Shown here piece by piece: positions 34,180-49,280 of a stretch of DNA of 64,000 bases (the first letter of the stretch is position 1; each line of letters starts with the position of its first letter). This DNA is from the human T2T-CHM13v2.0 reference genome, Homo sapiens, in assembly GCF_009914755.1 (NCBI RefSeq), contig NC_060934.1; one strand, 5' to 3'. A program made the translations under genes and the position numbers. Under the pieces are notes generated by a model, which was given only the letters and a program-made list of their open reading frames with translations, searched no databases and was not told the origin of the DNA.

Positions 34180-34520
34180 AAGAACAAAGCAACTGTAAAA
34201 GACATCTTTAAAACTATTTGGGAAATTTGAACATGTGTTAGGAATCAGGAGATATTAAGGGATAGCTGGTAATTCTGTTAGGCATAATAATAGGTTAGTG
34301 GTTATGTTTTAAAAGATGGAACATACTAAAGTGTTTACAGGTTAAATGACATGAAAAATGGGACTTGCTTTAAAATACTGCAGCAAACCAAGAAAACAAA
34401 AAGGTGGAAGTAGATGAAACAAAATGGTAAAATGTTGAAAAATGTCAAAGCTGGATGATGGGGGTACCTTTTATTGTTTTCTCTACTTTTTTGTGTTTGA
34501 AAATTTTCATAATAAAATCT
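34180..34520 (+). mobile_element. L1ME-like 3' end
   Basis: tgggaaatttgaacatg, atactaaagtgtttacagg, tgtgtttgaaaattttcataataaaa. Confidence 0.7.
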
Positions 34521-34835
<315 letters not shown>

Positions 34836-35619
34836 CATAATAAAATCTTTTACAAAATAATAAAAACTTGTTTTTAGAGCCCAAATAAAAGACTTCCTAC
34901 CCCAGGAAGCTTTCGCTAATGCTCTGTCAGAATTCATCTTTCCCTTTTGGGGGCCTGTTGCACATTCGCATTGTGTTATAATCATTTAGCTGTGTGTTCA
35001 TCTCATGCAAAAGACTGTACACTCTTCAAAGCCACAAGCCATATTATGTGATGATTCATCTTCACGTCCCTCCAAAAACCAGTCATGGCATCTTAACCCC
35101 TGGTGAGTGCAGAGTAAACACACTTGTTAAACAGGATGCGCTGAGTGTCCTACTGATGGTCCTACAAATGCCATATTATTCATTTTCTATCATTAATGAG
35201 GACCCACTGTAAAAATATCTCTCTGTTCTCATCACCAGAAATAGTTGTGCTTCTCCTGGTTTATTTTTATCATATGGACACTTTGAGTCTTGTAAGTGAT
35301 CATTTTCCCTCTTTGTGTTGCTACTCTAAAGCTTAGAATTAAATTTGTGGCCCACCCACAGCAAGGGTACAGGCATTTGTGGCGTGTGTTTTGTGTGTTG
35401 GCTTCATTCCTGGACTCTCTTTTTAATTTTCCTACTTTCATCTTCCTTTGGTTGCACATTCTACTTTGACTTCTTTTTTCTGTAAAACTGTAAAAATGTA
35501 TAGGAACTCTATTAATTTCTTGGTGCAATCTATCAGGATATAAATAGTATTCATTCTCTACCATCGTTGTTCTAGATAGAAGATAGCAAACCTTTTTGTG
35601 TCTGCAGAGTAGGCAGTGT

Positions 35620-35790
35620 GTTAAGTACTTTACATATTATTTAAATTAGTCAGTAACTCTGGCAAAGTGGGTATACTGACTTCGTTTTCACAGGTGATAA
35701 AACTGAAGCCAAAGAGGTCTTTCCCAAGCTCACACATCTGATCAATGTTGGACACTGGATTTGAACTTGTTTCTGCTTGTTTATACACAG
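35620..35790 (-). mobile_element. MIR
   Basis: gttttcacaggtgataaaactgaagcc...cccaagctcacacatc...ggatttgaac. Confidence 0.65.
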
Positions 35791-35905
35791 CCCACAGCCT
35801 CCCTTCCTTGATATTTCCATTTAAGTTTTGCAATTTTGAAGTGATGTTCCTACTAAGACTTTAGAACAAACAAAATATGCTTTATTAAACATTTGTTTCA
35901 TTTCT

Positions 35906-36829
35906 GTTTTTAATTATTATTATACTTTAAGTTTTAGGGTACATGTGCACAACGTGCAGGTTTGTTACATATGTATACATGTGCCATGTTGGTGTGCTGC
36001 ACCCATTAACTCATCATTTAGCATTAGGTATATCCTAATGCTATCCCTCCCCCCTCCCCCCACCCCACAACAGTCCCTGGTGTGTGATGTTCCCCTTCCT
36101 GTGTCCATGTGTTCTCATTCTTCAATTCCCACCTATAAGTGAGAACATGCGGTCTTTGGTTTTTTGTCCTTGCGATAGTTTGCTGAGAATGATGGTTTCC
36201 AGCTTCATCCATGTCCCTACAAAGGACATGAACTCATCATTTTTTATGGCTGCATAGTATTCCATGGTGTATATGTGCCACATTTTCTTAATCCAGTCTA
36301 TCCTTGTTGGACATTTGGGTTGGTTCCAAGTCTTTGCTATTGTGAATAGTGCCGCAATAAACATACCTGTGCATGTGTCTTTATAGCAGCGTGATTTATA
36401 ATCCTTTGGGTATATACCCAGTAATGGGATGGCTGGGTCAAATGGTATTTCTAGTTCTAGATCCCTGAGGAATCGCCACACCAACTTCCACAATGGTTGA
36501 ACTAGTTTACAGTCCCACCAATAGTGTAAAAGTGTTCCTATTTCTCCACATCCTCTCCAGCACCTGTTGTTTCCTGACTTTTTAATGATCGCCATTCTAA
36601 CTGGCGTGAGATGGTATCTGATTGTGGTTTTGATTTGCATTTCTCTGATGGCCAGTGATGATGAGCATTTTTTCATGTGTTTTTTGGCTGCATAAATGTC
36701 TTCTTTTGAGAAGTGTCTGTTCATATCCTTCACCCACTTGTTGATGGGGTTGTTTGTTTTTTTCTTGTAAATTTGTTTGAGTTCATTGTAGATTCTGGAT
36801 ATTAGCACTTTGTCAGATGAGTAGGTTGC
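35906..36829 (-). mobile_element. 5'-truncated young L1PA (about L1PA3-4): ORF2 C-terminus plus 3' UTR
   Basis: Minus ORF 36122-36808 is the L1 ORF2p C-terminus ([19 protein letters not shown]...MFSLIGGN); canonical 3' UTR tatactttaagttttagggtacatgtgcac. Confidence 0.96.
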
Positions 36830-37194
36830 TTAATTTCATTATACATCTCTTTCATGGTATCTTTTTATATTTAATTTTGCTTCATTCTCTTCTTTTCTGA
36901 GCACACTAAAAATATATCCATTAAAAAAAGAAAAGAAAAGAAAAGAAAAAGAGTGAGTTGCCCATTTAGTATGTGTGTCTGCAGTGGCCACTGAACTCAG
37001 AGCACTTTTTCTCACAGGGCAGTGTTCTTGTTGAGAAGAGGGGTTTGGGATTCAGGGAGTATCAAGTCATCCCGTAGTAACAAAAGAATCCCACAGAAAT
37101 GGAAGTTTCAGAAAACACTCCTAGCTGATAATCTATTTAGAGATCGTTTTTGACCCACCTGTAATATCCCCTTCACTCATGCAATGACAACGGT

Positions 37195-37445
37195 ATCAAT
37201 AACTAACATTCCTGACGTGCTTACTCTGTGCCAGTCACCATACTGAGCAATTTGCTTGTATTTACTGCCATTTGATTTTCACACCTATACAATGTGAGAG
37301 AAGTTCTTATTATTCTCCTGTTTCAGAAGTGGAAGCTGAGGCTTAAGAGAGGTCAGTGTGCTTGCTCAAAGCTACCCAGCTAAAGAGAAGTGGAGCTGAA
37401 TTTAGAGCCAGGCAGGCCAACTCTAGAACTGGCCTTTGTAATCAT
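37195..37445 (-). mobile_element. MIR
   Basis: gtgcttactctgtgccag...tttcagaagtggaagctgaggcttaagagagg...ttgctcaaagctacccagcta. Confidence 0.7.
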
Positions 37446-37754
37446 GCCTGTGGTCACTACCGTCCGTCCTTTCCCACCACTGTCTTCATCAGTGTGTCGA
37501 TGAGTCATCGCCACATGTCCATGGGCCTCTCATTTCTGAAGACCTAACCCAGAAGCCACTCTCTTCATCAAGCCTCTCTCACTTCTTTCCAAACCTCACC
37601 ACTCACTGTCCCTTCTCGAAACTTCCATAGAACTTCACCTCCCTGCCCCGCTCTCTTTGTGCACTCCCCTTTTCCTGACTGCACTGAGTTATTGATGCAC
37701 GCTTCTTTTTCTTTTCCTTTCACCATTTTATTCTTTTTTTAATGAATGATTTAT

Positions 37755-38025
37755 ATATTTATTTATTTATTTATCTATTTATTTTATACTTTAAGTTCTG
37801 GGGTACATGTGCACAATGTGTTATATATGTATACATGTGCCATGTTGGTGTGCTGCACCCATTAACTCGTCATTACATTAGGTATATCTCCTAATGCTAT
37901 GCCTCCCCACTCCTCCCACCCCACAACAGGCCCCGGTGTGTGATGTTCCCCACCCTGTGTCCAAGTGTTCTCATTGTTCAATTCCCACCTATGAGTGAGA
38001 ACATGTGGTGTTTGGTTTTCTGTCC
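37755..38025 (-). mobile_element. Short L1PA 3' UTR fragment inside an L2 remnant (~37540-38160)
   Basis: (TTTA)n tail, tatactttaagttctggggtacatgtgcac...gtgagaacatgtggtgtttggttttctgtcc. Confidence 0.9.
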
Positions 38026-38373
38026 ACACGTCTTAAGTGTCTTTCAGCTCTAAGCTTCTCAGGGACAGGGTCTCCATTTCATTCATCTTCACGCTCCCTG
38101 TGGCTCTCTCGGACAATGCCCTGCCCTGAGTAGATTCTCATTAAATACCTGGATAGAAAAAGATACTTACTTCAGCCCTTTTCTATCACCAACTTTCAGT
38201 TAATTAGTGCCTTATCTACTAAGAGCGATACAGTGATTTGTAAAGGTACGTGTTTGAGGCTTATAGCACATTACCTAATGTATCCCGCTATTGGCCACTG
38301 ACCCAAATGAGAAATAAGAATGTCTGCCTTTCCTCAGTCTATCAGTATAATTTGATAGAAGTTAATTACCCTG

Positions 38374-38787
<414 letters not shown>

Positions 38788-38897
38788 TCAGGAGTTGAAT
38801 TCACCTGTGGTAGAACGTAAACTAAATCCCTAGACAACAAATCTAAATAAGATAGATCTGATTTTGCTGTGTTTATAATTCACTAGGAGAAATCTTG

Positions 38898-39210
38898 CTT
38901 TTATTTTGCTTTATTTTTATTTTATTTTGAAGGCAGGGTCTTGCTCTGTCACCCAGTTTGGAATGCAGTGGCACAATCATGGCTCACTGCAGCCTCAGCC
39001 TCCCTGGCTCAAGTGATCCTCTGCCCCAGCCTCCTGATTAGCTGGAACTACTGGCACACACCACAATACTTGGCTAATTTTCTGAATTCTTTGTAGAGAC
39101 ACAGTCTCCCTATGTTGCCCAGGCTGGCTTTGAACTCCTAGGCTCCAGGGATCCTCCCTCCATGCCTTCCAAAGTGCTGGGATTACAGGCATGAGCCACT
39201 GTGCCTGGCC
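38898..39210 (-). mobile_element. Alu (AluJ-like)
   Basis: J diagnostics; TSD cttgctttt. Confidence 0.92.
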
Positions 39211-39899
39211 CCTTGCTTTTAGATTGAGTCGATAGTCAGTATTTCAAATATCTCTAAACTTACACCGTAAGGGTGATGATTTTTGAACAGTTAACCTAAC
39301 TTCATTACTGTAAGCGTTTACTGATTCACTCAATCAGCCATAGTGAGTCAGATCCTTCCTCTGGTCTCAGCTCTCATGCAAGATCCTGAAGATATATTGG
39401 CAAAAAGCAATAATGATACAGACAATAATCAATTAACTCAATAATCAATAATGATACAGACATCTATAATTTTTCACATAAGTTCAGGCTCATGAAATCC
39501 TTGCCTGTGTTCTATAATTTGCTGGAGTTAACACTATGGAACTCATTTATGAGTGATATACATAATGATATCTTTTTTATATTGTGCTTTTCTGGGAGGC
39601 AAAAAGATGTTTCTGTTATGATTGATAAGGAAGGACTCTTACAGAAATGATTAGCTAGGCAAACACATTTGAATACAGTGGCTGTCCAGAACATGGGAGA
39701 TATTTTCTTGTTCCTTCTCTGCTTCCAGTTATAAAGTCTTATTTTTTAGAAGCAAGAAAAGGTAATATATGCACATCTGATATGCAACTTCCAAGTGATA
39801 CAAATCTCATCTTTCCTGCTGCGTGGCTGCTTGCTTTTCCTTGTACTATTTTTTTTTTTATTTTTTGTCATTGAGAGGTTATGACAACATGAGCCATAT

Positions 39900-40288
39900 T
39901 GTATTTATAAACATCACGTGTTTCCTTGATATGGCTTGCAGTTTCTGCCAGACAGAACACATGGAAGAAACATTTCTCGTTAGTTCAGCATTGGTTTTAG
40001 TTATGCTGATTTCCGGGACAGGAAAAATGCCTTCCTACTCAGAATTAACTTTCATAGAGTAGAAACAAAACCTCTGAATGTCCGTGAAATAGTTTTAACA
40101 AGAGTGGATACTGCTCCTTTAAACCACATATTTTGACTAAAAGCTTCCTTCTGTAAAAAACCCAAGGCTTGCATTTAGTCACCATGAAGACAGGCAAAGC
40201 TGAAAGCATTGGAGAGAGGGGTGGTTTCGAGGTCTCTGCAAGTCTAGAAAGTTTCTTCTAGAAAAGAAAGGCTCACGGAAAATGTAAG
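39900..40288 (+). promoter_or_regulatory. Candidate internal promoter and non-coding first exon for a short KIAA1217 isoform (5' boundary unknown)
   Basis: Repeat-free island ~39.2-41.1 kb; TATTTATAAACA and CACGTG at ~39902-39920; strong donor AAG|GTAAGA (GT 40289-40290); next coding exon begins with ATG. Confidence 0.5.
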
Positions 40289-41189
40289 GTAAGAACTGTG
40301 CCTTTATGATAGGATATTATCTTTAGAATCTTTTTTCATGCTCTGGCACGTTTATCTTTCATTAACTTGTCTTCTGTATTCAAGTTCAATGCAATAGGCG
40401 ATTGCAATTTTAGGTTTTATTTTAACTTCTTGCACACTGCCTAGAAGAAAACCTCTCTTTGTTATTGACATTATTCTGTTTTTTTGAAATCCACTTAAAT
40501 TAAACTGGGCTGGTCTTCAATCTATAAATCTTGTGGTCTAGTTTCTGGCTAACCTTATAATTTGGAATGGGATTTAAAGTGCCAACACAGTTTGCTTTTA
40601 CAGGTCTTGTTGATTTATGTGCTCTGTGACAATTTTCAGTGTTTTCATGAAGTTGTTGACATACATTCAGTGTCTGAGGCAAAGTCGATAATTTGAAGGC
40701 ATGGTACAAGCAAGGAGGGAAATTCATATGTGTCCTTTAACATTCCAGGGAAAAATTATTTGGTGTTTTGTTCTTGTGAAAATCACTTTAAATTTAAAAA
40801 TAAAAATAACCTTTATCCTGGTCTTGAAAAAATTTTAAAGAAATAGCAGTTTAATCTGTATGAAATCACATTAAAAACTTCTACAGTTTTAAATGACAAG
40901 CTTGATATAACAAATCTCTTATAGCAGGTTTAGTGATTGCCTGAAAAAGTCTTTGACAGAAATCTTGTTTACTTGAGATAACTATTCTGTCAACTCTTGC
41001 AGTAATTCACTCACAATATTTTTGCATTGATTTCCTTTAAAGGAATTTAATAAGAGCAATGTCCTTTTAAATCAGTCTGTTTCCTTTCAAAAGTACATGT
41101 GTTCATGAATTTGCTTGTTCATATTTCTGTGGATATCTTTATCCCAGTTTATAGATGAGTTAATATACCTGAGAAGTTGTTATCCAATG

Positions 41190-41360
41190 TGGTTTACGTA
41201 ATATCTATTATTCTATTTAGTCATCATGATAACCCTATGGAATAGGTACTATTACACCCATTTTAAGTTTGGAAAACCAAGGCTCAGAGAGGAACAAGAT
41301 CAAGATCACACACTTGTAAGTAACAGAGCTGGGATTTAAATCCAGGCTGACTGTCTTCCT
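41190..41360 (-). mobile_element. MIR
   Basis: aaccctatggaataggtactattacacccatttt...ggaaaaccaaggctcagagag...gagctgggattt. Confidence 0.7.
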
Positions 41361-42869
41361 TGTTTTTAAGTCCTGGACAGCACAGCCTCAATAGTAGCTG
41401 AGAGCTTCAGGTCTGTAATCAAATATAGATGACTTATCTTGAAAATAATAATAATATATAATGTTTACGTGGCTTCAGGATAAACTATTTTTTACTTTTC
41501 TGGAATTTTATTTTATTTTAGATCTGTAGCATCCAAAACCTAGTATCACACTGGTTGTTTATCCAGGGACCTGGTTACAACTTACTCAGAGCATAATGAA
41601 AACAGTGAACATCAGAGAGTGTAGAGATAGAGAAAAGCACTTTGGATAAACGACTCTTCCTTCTTTACTACACAGACCTTTCCTGCTCTCTTCTTTGCTT
41701 CATGTGCCGTGTTGCTCATAAAAAAATGTTTCCATAGGACAGAGCAGGAAGCTTGTTTGTGAGCTTGATTTGGGAGCAAGAAAGTATCTTTGAATGGAGA
41801 CTGGCTAACTGTGCCTGCCCACTGCCCTTCAGGCTGCTGGCAGAGCTCTCAGGAGGGGGACAGGAAGAATGTTAAGGCTGAAGGTGGAGGGTTCTGAAGT
41901 TAGGGCAGCTGGCTCAGCTGCCTGAGAGCCCGAACTTCACCTTCAACAGTGCTCTTCCCACCTCCTCCTGAAGATTGAGACATCAACACAGCAGCAAAAA
42001 TATCCTGGTGATTTGTAATGCAAAGTAATTACTGCTAACAGCATCAACAGGGGATGCAGCTGCTCACAACACAGGCTTCAGGATCAAGGCTTCCAGCCCC
42101 AGTTCAGCATAAAATCCAGGATTGGCTACACAACCAACACAACTCAAAGTTGATTGGAGCAGAACCTTCCTTCTCCCCAACAGGTCCTAGGGTTAGCTCC
42201 CGAAGAGTTCTGAGCCGTGGCTGGCTGGAGTGCACATGAGAGGTTTTTGCCACATCCCTCTGCCCTTTGATATCCAAACCACATCCCTTTTCTTTGCTCT
42301 TATAAGTATAGGTGTTGGCGGAGATTGCTTTTGACTGGGGACATATGTCCTTTCATTTTCAAGTTGCATCCCTTGTACCTGCATGTTGTTCACTTGCTGA
42401 GGTCTTGCTTTTCTGTGTTCTTTGTGGGTGCCCAGCAAGGCATCCCAGACCATACTAGGCTGTTGTCTACCACATCAGCCTAGGCGCCCCGAGTCCCAGA
42501 CCCTACTCTATAGAGGGCTTCCAGGGGACCATTTTTCTCTTGATGCTGTTTCTAACATTTCTCAAATGAGCATGTGTTACTTTTATATAAATTTGGGGGT
42601 AGGGAGAGAACACGTTAATCTTTTAAAAAGAAAAAAGTGTTTTTAAGATACATTTTGCCTACTGGTAACACATTTTCTTCTGTCCTAGTTTTTCTTGTGG
42701 AGCAGGTGATCTCTGCTTGCATGTGGTTTGCAGAAGTCATAGATACTCTGTCCGCTTTTGAGGAACTAGAGCTGGCTACTGCAGACTTGTAATTGAGAAG
42801 ACAAACCTGACCTGCACCACCGGTGCTCCCTCAAGAAACAGCACTGAAACTAATAATAATTTTTTAAAA

Positions 42870-43485
<616 letters not shown>

Positions 43486-46379
43486 AGGCCTGACTTATTT
43501 GGAGTCGTAGGATTTTTGAAATAGAAAGAAGGTCTTAGACATCATCTTTTGTAACCCATTGCCCTGTAACCTGAGACCCAGGAGTTCCAGAGTGGTTGGA
43601 GTGAGATGGTCAAGATCACAAAATAAAGAAGTGACAAAAATAGGGCTGGATCTCAAGTCACCGTTCCCAAGACCAGACCCTTGTCTCTATGCAGTGCCAT
43701 TTCAGCCTGTTCTCTGCTTTTGTTCTCACCCCTCTGGATCTTATGAGGTTTGTCTTCTTGATTGATTTAGAAAAACACTATCTATTTGACTATCTATTTG
43801 ACTTCTCTTAGCCATCTTTTGTGGTACCTGAGTCCAGCCAGCTTTCGCTAATCCTCTAGAAAGCAGGACAACTCTCTTTTCTGGATTATCTTACTAAAAG
43901 AGAACCAGAAATCCTGTAGTTAGGCCAGAGCTGATTAATTGGAAATGCATGAGCCTGGACTAAAAATAAATGGATTTTAAACTAACCAGATTTAGATTAT
44001 CCAGTATTTTTTATGGAAGGAGAATAGGCCATCATGTCAACTGAAAAATAGCAGCTGTTTCAAATTATGAGATACTTTGAATAGAGCAATATTGGCTCAG
44101 CAAGATTGTACAGTGTTATGGCATTATTTTAAAAAACAGCCTCTTTGCTGTGGCAAATAGCTCCTGCAGTTATGCTGTTTGAAATGTTAATGTATGACTC
44201 CTCACATTACTTTCAGAGTTGTTCATTGCTTGGAACCAGTGATTTTAGGTGGCAACTAGAAAAGCAGTTTGTAAATGGTAATAATTATATGATGTTGTTT
44301 TGAATGAATGTTGGAAAGACTGGTAGCACAAAGAACTTGAGAGTTACTTTTCATTAACTCCTTAAGTCACAACTATAATTCTTAGTCACGACTAAGGAGA
44401 GAAAAAGTCAATTTAAAACTGACTTAAAGAAAATTATTAAATGAGTACTAGGACAGCTGATACAAAGATATAGCCAAAGTGGTGATAGTATCTTGTTAAT
44501 GTATGAAGTATAAAAACCAAGGCTTTAAGATGAAGCCCAAATTGAGGGTTCAAGGAAGGAACAGGGTAAAACTTGATTTAAAAGCATACAATTGGCAAAA
44601 AAAAAGAAAAACGAAAAAAAACCATTTTGATGTCCAAATGAATTCTAATTCCTCTCTAAGAGTTCTCAAGACGATCAGCATCGTACTATTTGGCAGAAAA
44701 GACAAACTACTCATTAAATAGTTTTTTGAGCAGATTTATTTATTTAAGGTCTCTCCAGATAAAAGGTGTGACTACCTAGCTTTTCATTTAAGCTAGAGGA
44801 CCTCTTTCCATTGTGCAGGCAGCACTAACTCACTCCATATTCCTGAAACAGAAAATATGTTTGACTCAGTTGATCGACACATGTATTTGATTTCTTTCCT
44901 TTTCTTCTTTTCTTGTGACATCAAAGGTCGTGCTTTGCCTTGTTCTGATTTCACTCTTTGAAACTGTTCCTTTTCACGCACCCTTGATAGAGTAGGAAGA
45001 GTTACCAAAGAAAAACACAAACAACAATAAGGAATCATACCAATGCCAATGATGGGGCAATTCAGAAATAGCAGGGGCCTGATCTGTAGGGTGCTTAAAC
45101 TTCCATGCATGATTTTCATGAAATGCAGCACCTCTAAAGCATAGGACTGGTGGTCAGGGTCTGATAGCTTCGTCTAGAATGAGCATCTAGTGCCAGTCCT
45201 TGCAGTCACTTACAAGGAAGGAGGGCACGGAATAGAACATGTTGTAGATGGTTGACCCCTTGCAGTAGGGACTGAGGGATCATGACGGATACATCATGGA
45301 TGGAAATCCACAAAGTGGAAACCGTTTTTGCTTGCCTTTAAAAGCAAATCTAAAAATATGTTTTCTAGCAGCTGTGTAACTGCAAGGAAAAAAAAAAAAA
45401 TCTGCTCCACTGCAACACAACTCGCTCACCAGATATCTGCAGGGTTCAGATCTTAATGCTTCAGAAATTTGTTGCAGATTTTACTGTATATATTTAGACC
45501 AAGGAGCCTATTAGCTTGCAATCTGAGAGAACCTCTGCATTTTCATGAAAATGAGAAATGTGGCACTGTTGGCAACCTCGGGCTATAATTATGTTAATCT
45601 GACCATTTTAAGACTGAAATATGTTGTTTTAAAATGTTTCTGTATTTTTATTATTCGTAACAATGATCTGAAGAAATTTACTGAAATGCTAATAAGTTTC
45701 TATTCAGTATCACTTTGAGACTAGAGCACAAAAAATGAGTCAGATGTGGAATTTTGATATTTTTAATTTTGGCACAGAATTTTTATCGACAGATATGTAC
45801 TCATATACATAGAGTATCTTAATATAAAAACTACCCAAATATAATTTTATATTTTAAATATAGATACAGTGAGTATATGTGCAAAGCTGTCTTGGCAGAT
45901 ATGTGCAATAACAAAACATCTCTACATTTGCATTAAATTCCCAATCTTTGCTCTGCCAAAAATTAATTTTGCGCATTATTACAAGATAAATGTTTTTCTA
46001 TCAAGAACCATGCTAAAGCACCCAGTTCCCTGTTTTTGATATAAATGTAGGACAGGACTAGAATGGATAATGTAGTTGAAATTCTGAGAGCCTCTAAACA
46101 CATATCTTGAGCTAATTAGTTCGGCTTCCTCTTCAGCAGCCAAAGCTTGCATTCTGGCCACAGACAAGTAATGACACGGGTGCTCTTTTCATTCACAAAA
46201 GAGATGTTCTCCCAGGTGGTAAGATGGGAAGGAAAAGAGAATGATCCAATGCCAAGATGTGGGTAATCACCCATCTCACAGTGATTATAGATAATTGCAA
46301 TTTGAGTCTATTTGTTGTTGTAACACTACGAAATGAATTGGGAGTCTTTTACATATAGCCTGATCTGGGTTCAGAATGA

Positions 46380-46709
<330 letters not shown>

Positions 46710-47209
46710 TGGACCATTTTCTCAAATATGATATCTTTGAAATATAATACAGTATGATGTTCTTACATTGGCTGCATCCAGAGTCCTCATTTTTTGCCAG
46801 TTCTTGTATCTCCAAAACGAATGTGTCATTCGTTTCATCCTTCTGTGAATACATTCAAGTGAGTATTTTCCGTTTTATTCATTTTCTTCTGCCTCACAGC
46901 TCACTGAGTGGGCCCGTGAATGTTTGCTGATGATATTAATAATCATGCGTGCTCAGTGACACAACAATGATGGAACTCATTAGGTATTCACAGCACCAGA
47001 AGAGAAAGTGCAAGAAGGTTTTACTGAAGCAAGTAAGCAGCTGAATCAGGGGCTCAGAGTTCAGTGTCAGGACTACAGTCACAGTTATGAGACCACAGCC
47101 AAGAAGAGATTCCCAGCAGGGAAAAACCAAGCCCTTTGAGTCATAATCCAGTGCTCGATCCACCACACCCCACTGCCTTCCTTGAGATGATGGTGTGGAG
47201 GAGTACTGA

Positions 47210-47525
<316 letters not shown>

Positions 47526-47848
47526 AATTAAACCCTTTTTAATTAAAAAAAAAAATTGGAAACTAATTTGTGTACTTCAGTGTGTTGGAGGAAACGTCAT
47601 CGAAATGGCACCAGTGTCTTGCTGCCTTAATTTTAAGAAATCCCCTTTATTTATTGTCACTTATCTTCTGTCCTCTCTGGGAGAAGTGTTGCTCTAACGT
47701 TGCTTTTCTGAAAAGTAAAGATAATGCAAAGATAAAAAGAGTTGGGGAGGTTGGGTTGGGCATTGAGGGAAGATAAGCTACCTTTGGTTCAGCCTGCAGC
47801 TTGATTCTTTTTGAAGTGACTTGAAAGCTCTTGGTGCTAATCAAGAAC

Positions 47849-48226
47849 TTTTTGTTTGTTTTTTGTTTTGTGTGTGTGTGTGTGTGTATGTGTGTGTGGG
47901 TGGCGGGGTTTGGGGGGAACAGGATCGTATTCTGTCACCCAGGCTGGAGTGCAGTGGTATAATCATAGCTGGAGTGCAGTGGTATAATCATAGCTCACTG
48001 CAGCCTTGAACTCCTGGGCTCAAGCCATCCTTCACCTCGGCCTTCAAGTAGCCAGGGTACAGGCATGCACCACCATGCCTGGCTAATTTTTTAAATTTTA
48101 ATTTTGCAGAGACAGGGCCTTGCTATGTTGCCCAGGCTGGTCTCAAACTCCTGGCTTCTAGCCATCCTCCCGCCTTGGCCTCCCAAAGTGCTAGGTTTAT
48201 AGGTGTGAGAGCCACTGTGCTCAGCC
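47849..48226 (-). mobile_element. Alu (AluJ-like) with (TG)n in the tail and a 25 bp internal duplication
   Basis: TSD ctaatca(a/t)gaacttt at 47837 and 48227. Confidence 0.9.
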
Positions 48227-49084
48227 CTAATCATGAACTTTGAAAAGTGCTCCATAGATTACAAAGCATTTTCTTCACTTGCCTTACATCCTGTGTGGGA
48301 AGGAAGTCTTTCCTTCCTGGAGGCAACGGGTAAGAAGAGCAACTAGACAGTGTGTAGCTCCTTACTCTCGGTAGGCATTTCGTCATATGGAGCATGACTT
48401 ATTGACTTGCTTCTGTTCTTTCTCATGAGCTACTCAGTGTCAGGAGTACAGGGCTTGACTTAAACATAGGGATACTCAAAGGCCCACCTGGCAGTTTGTT
48501 GTTGGGACACAGGGAAGCAGATTGTGTCTCTGAAGAGGAGGCTTCTGTCGGTGTCAGAGCCTGGTGGGGAAGAAGGGATTGGTCAATATTTGGCTAAACT
48601 CCTTCAGCTGTTGGTGCAGCAAAAGGCATGGCAGGGCGTGGGCAGAGATGCCTGCCAAGCCCGGCCTCAGGGCATGTACAGCTCCCAAACTGGTTGTCTT
48701 TGAGGCTGTTATTTATCCAAATAAGGAGAAGCAGTAGTTTTGCTGACCATCTCAGATTTCCAAGCCATGCTCCCTGGCTGGCTGACTGACTTGCTATTTG
48801 AACTGAAAACACGAAGGTATTCCTTTGAAATGGAGCAGTCTTGTGGGGCTCGTGAGTACCCTAGAGTCATTACTTGGAAGAAGATTTTTTTTGCTCCCCA
48901 CATTTGTAGATAACATGAACATGGCTTGGTCTATTTGACCCTTCTCTTGTGACTCTGGCAACACTCAATACAGATGGACCTGATCTGGGACAGAAATAGT
49001 ACTCATTTTCAGAGGTTCTTGAACCACTGCCCTCCTTTGAAGAGGATTCAAAGGTCAGACCTCCACACTGATTTCTTAACACTA

Positions 49085-49280
49085 GAATGCAAGATTATTC
49101 TAGCACTTCATAGATCCTGGCCCTGTTATCTGACTTCAGGTAAGATATTTGAAGTCTCTGAGCCCCAGTTTGTTCATCTGTGAAATGGGAATTATAATGT
49201 ATCTAATGGGAATGAGATGAGAATTAAATGAGGTAATTTTGGAAAGCATTGGTAAATAGGAAGTCACCCAAAATATTCAT
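49085..49280 (+). mobile_element. MIR
   Basis: tctctgagccccagtttgttcatctgtgaaatgggaattataat core. Confidence 0.75.

Noticed and set aside
36122-36808. 228 aa minus-strand ORF
   Set aside because: It is the C-terminus of L1 ORF2p in a 5'-truncated element with no promoter, endonuclease or RT domain; not a gene.
40282-40293. 12-mer ATGTAAGGTAAG identical to the donor region of exon 23520-23718, suggesting a duplicated exon
   Set aside because: Similarity does not extend upstream and is mostly the splice donor consensus.
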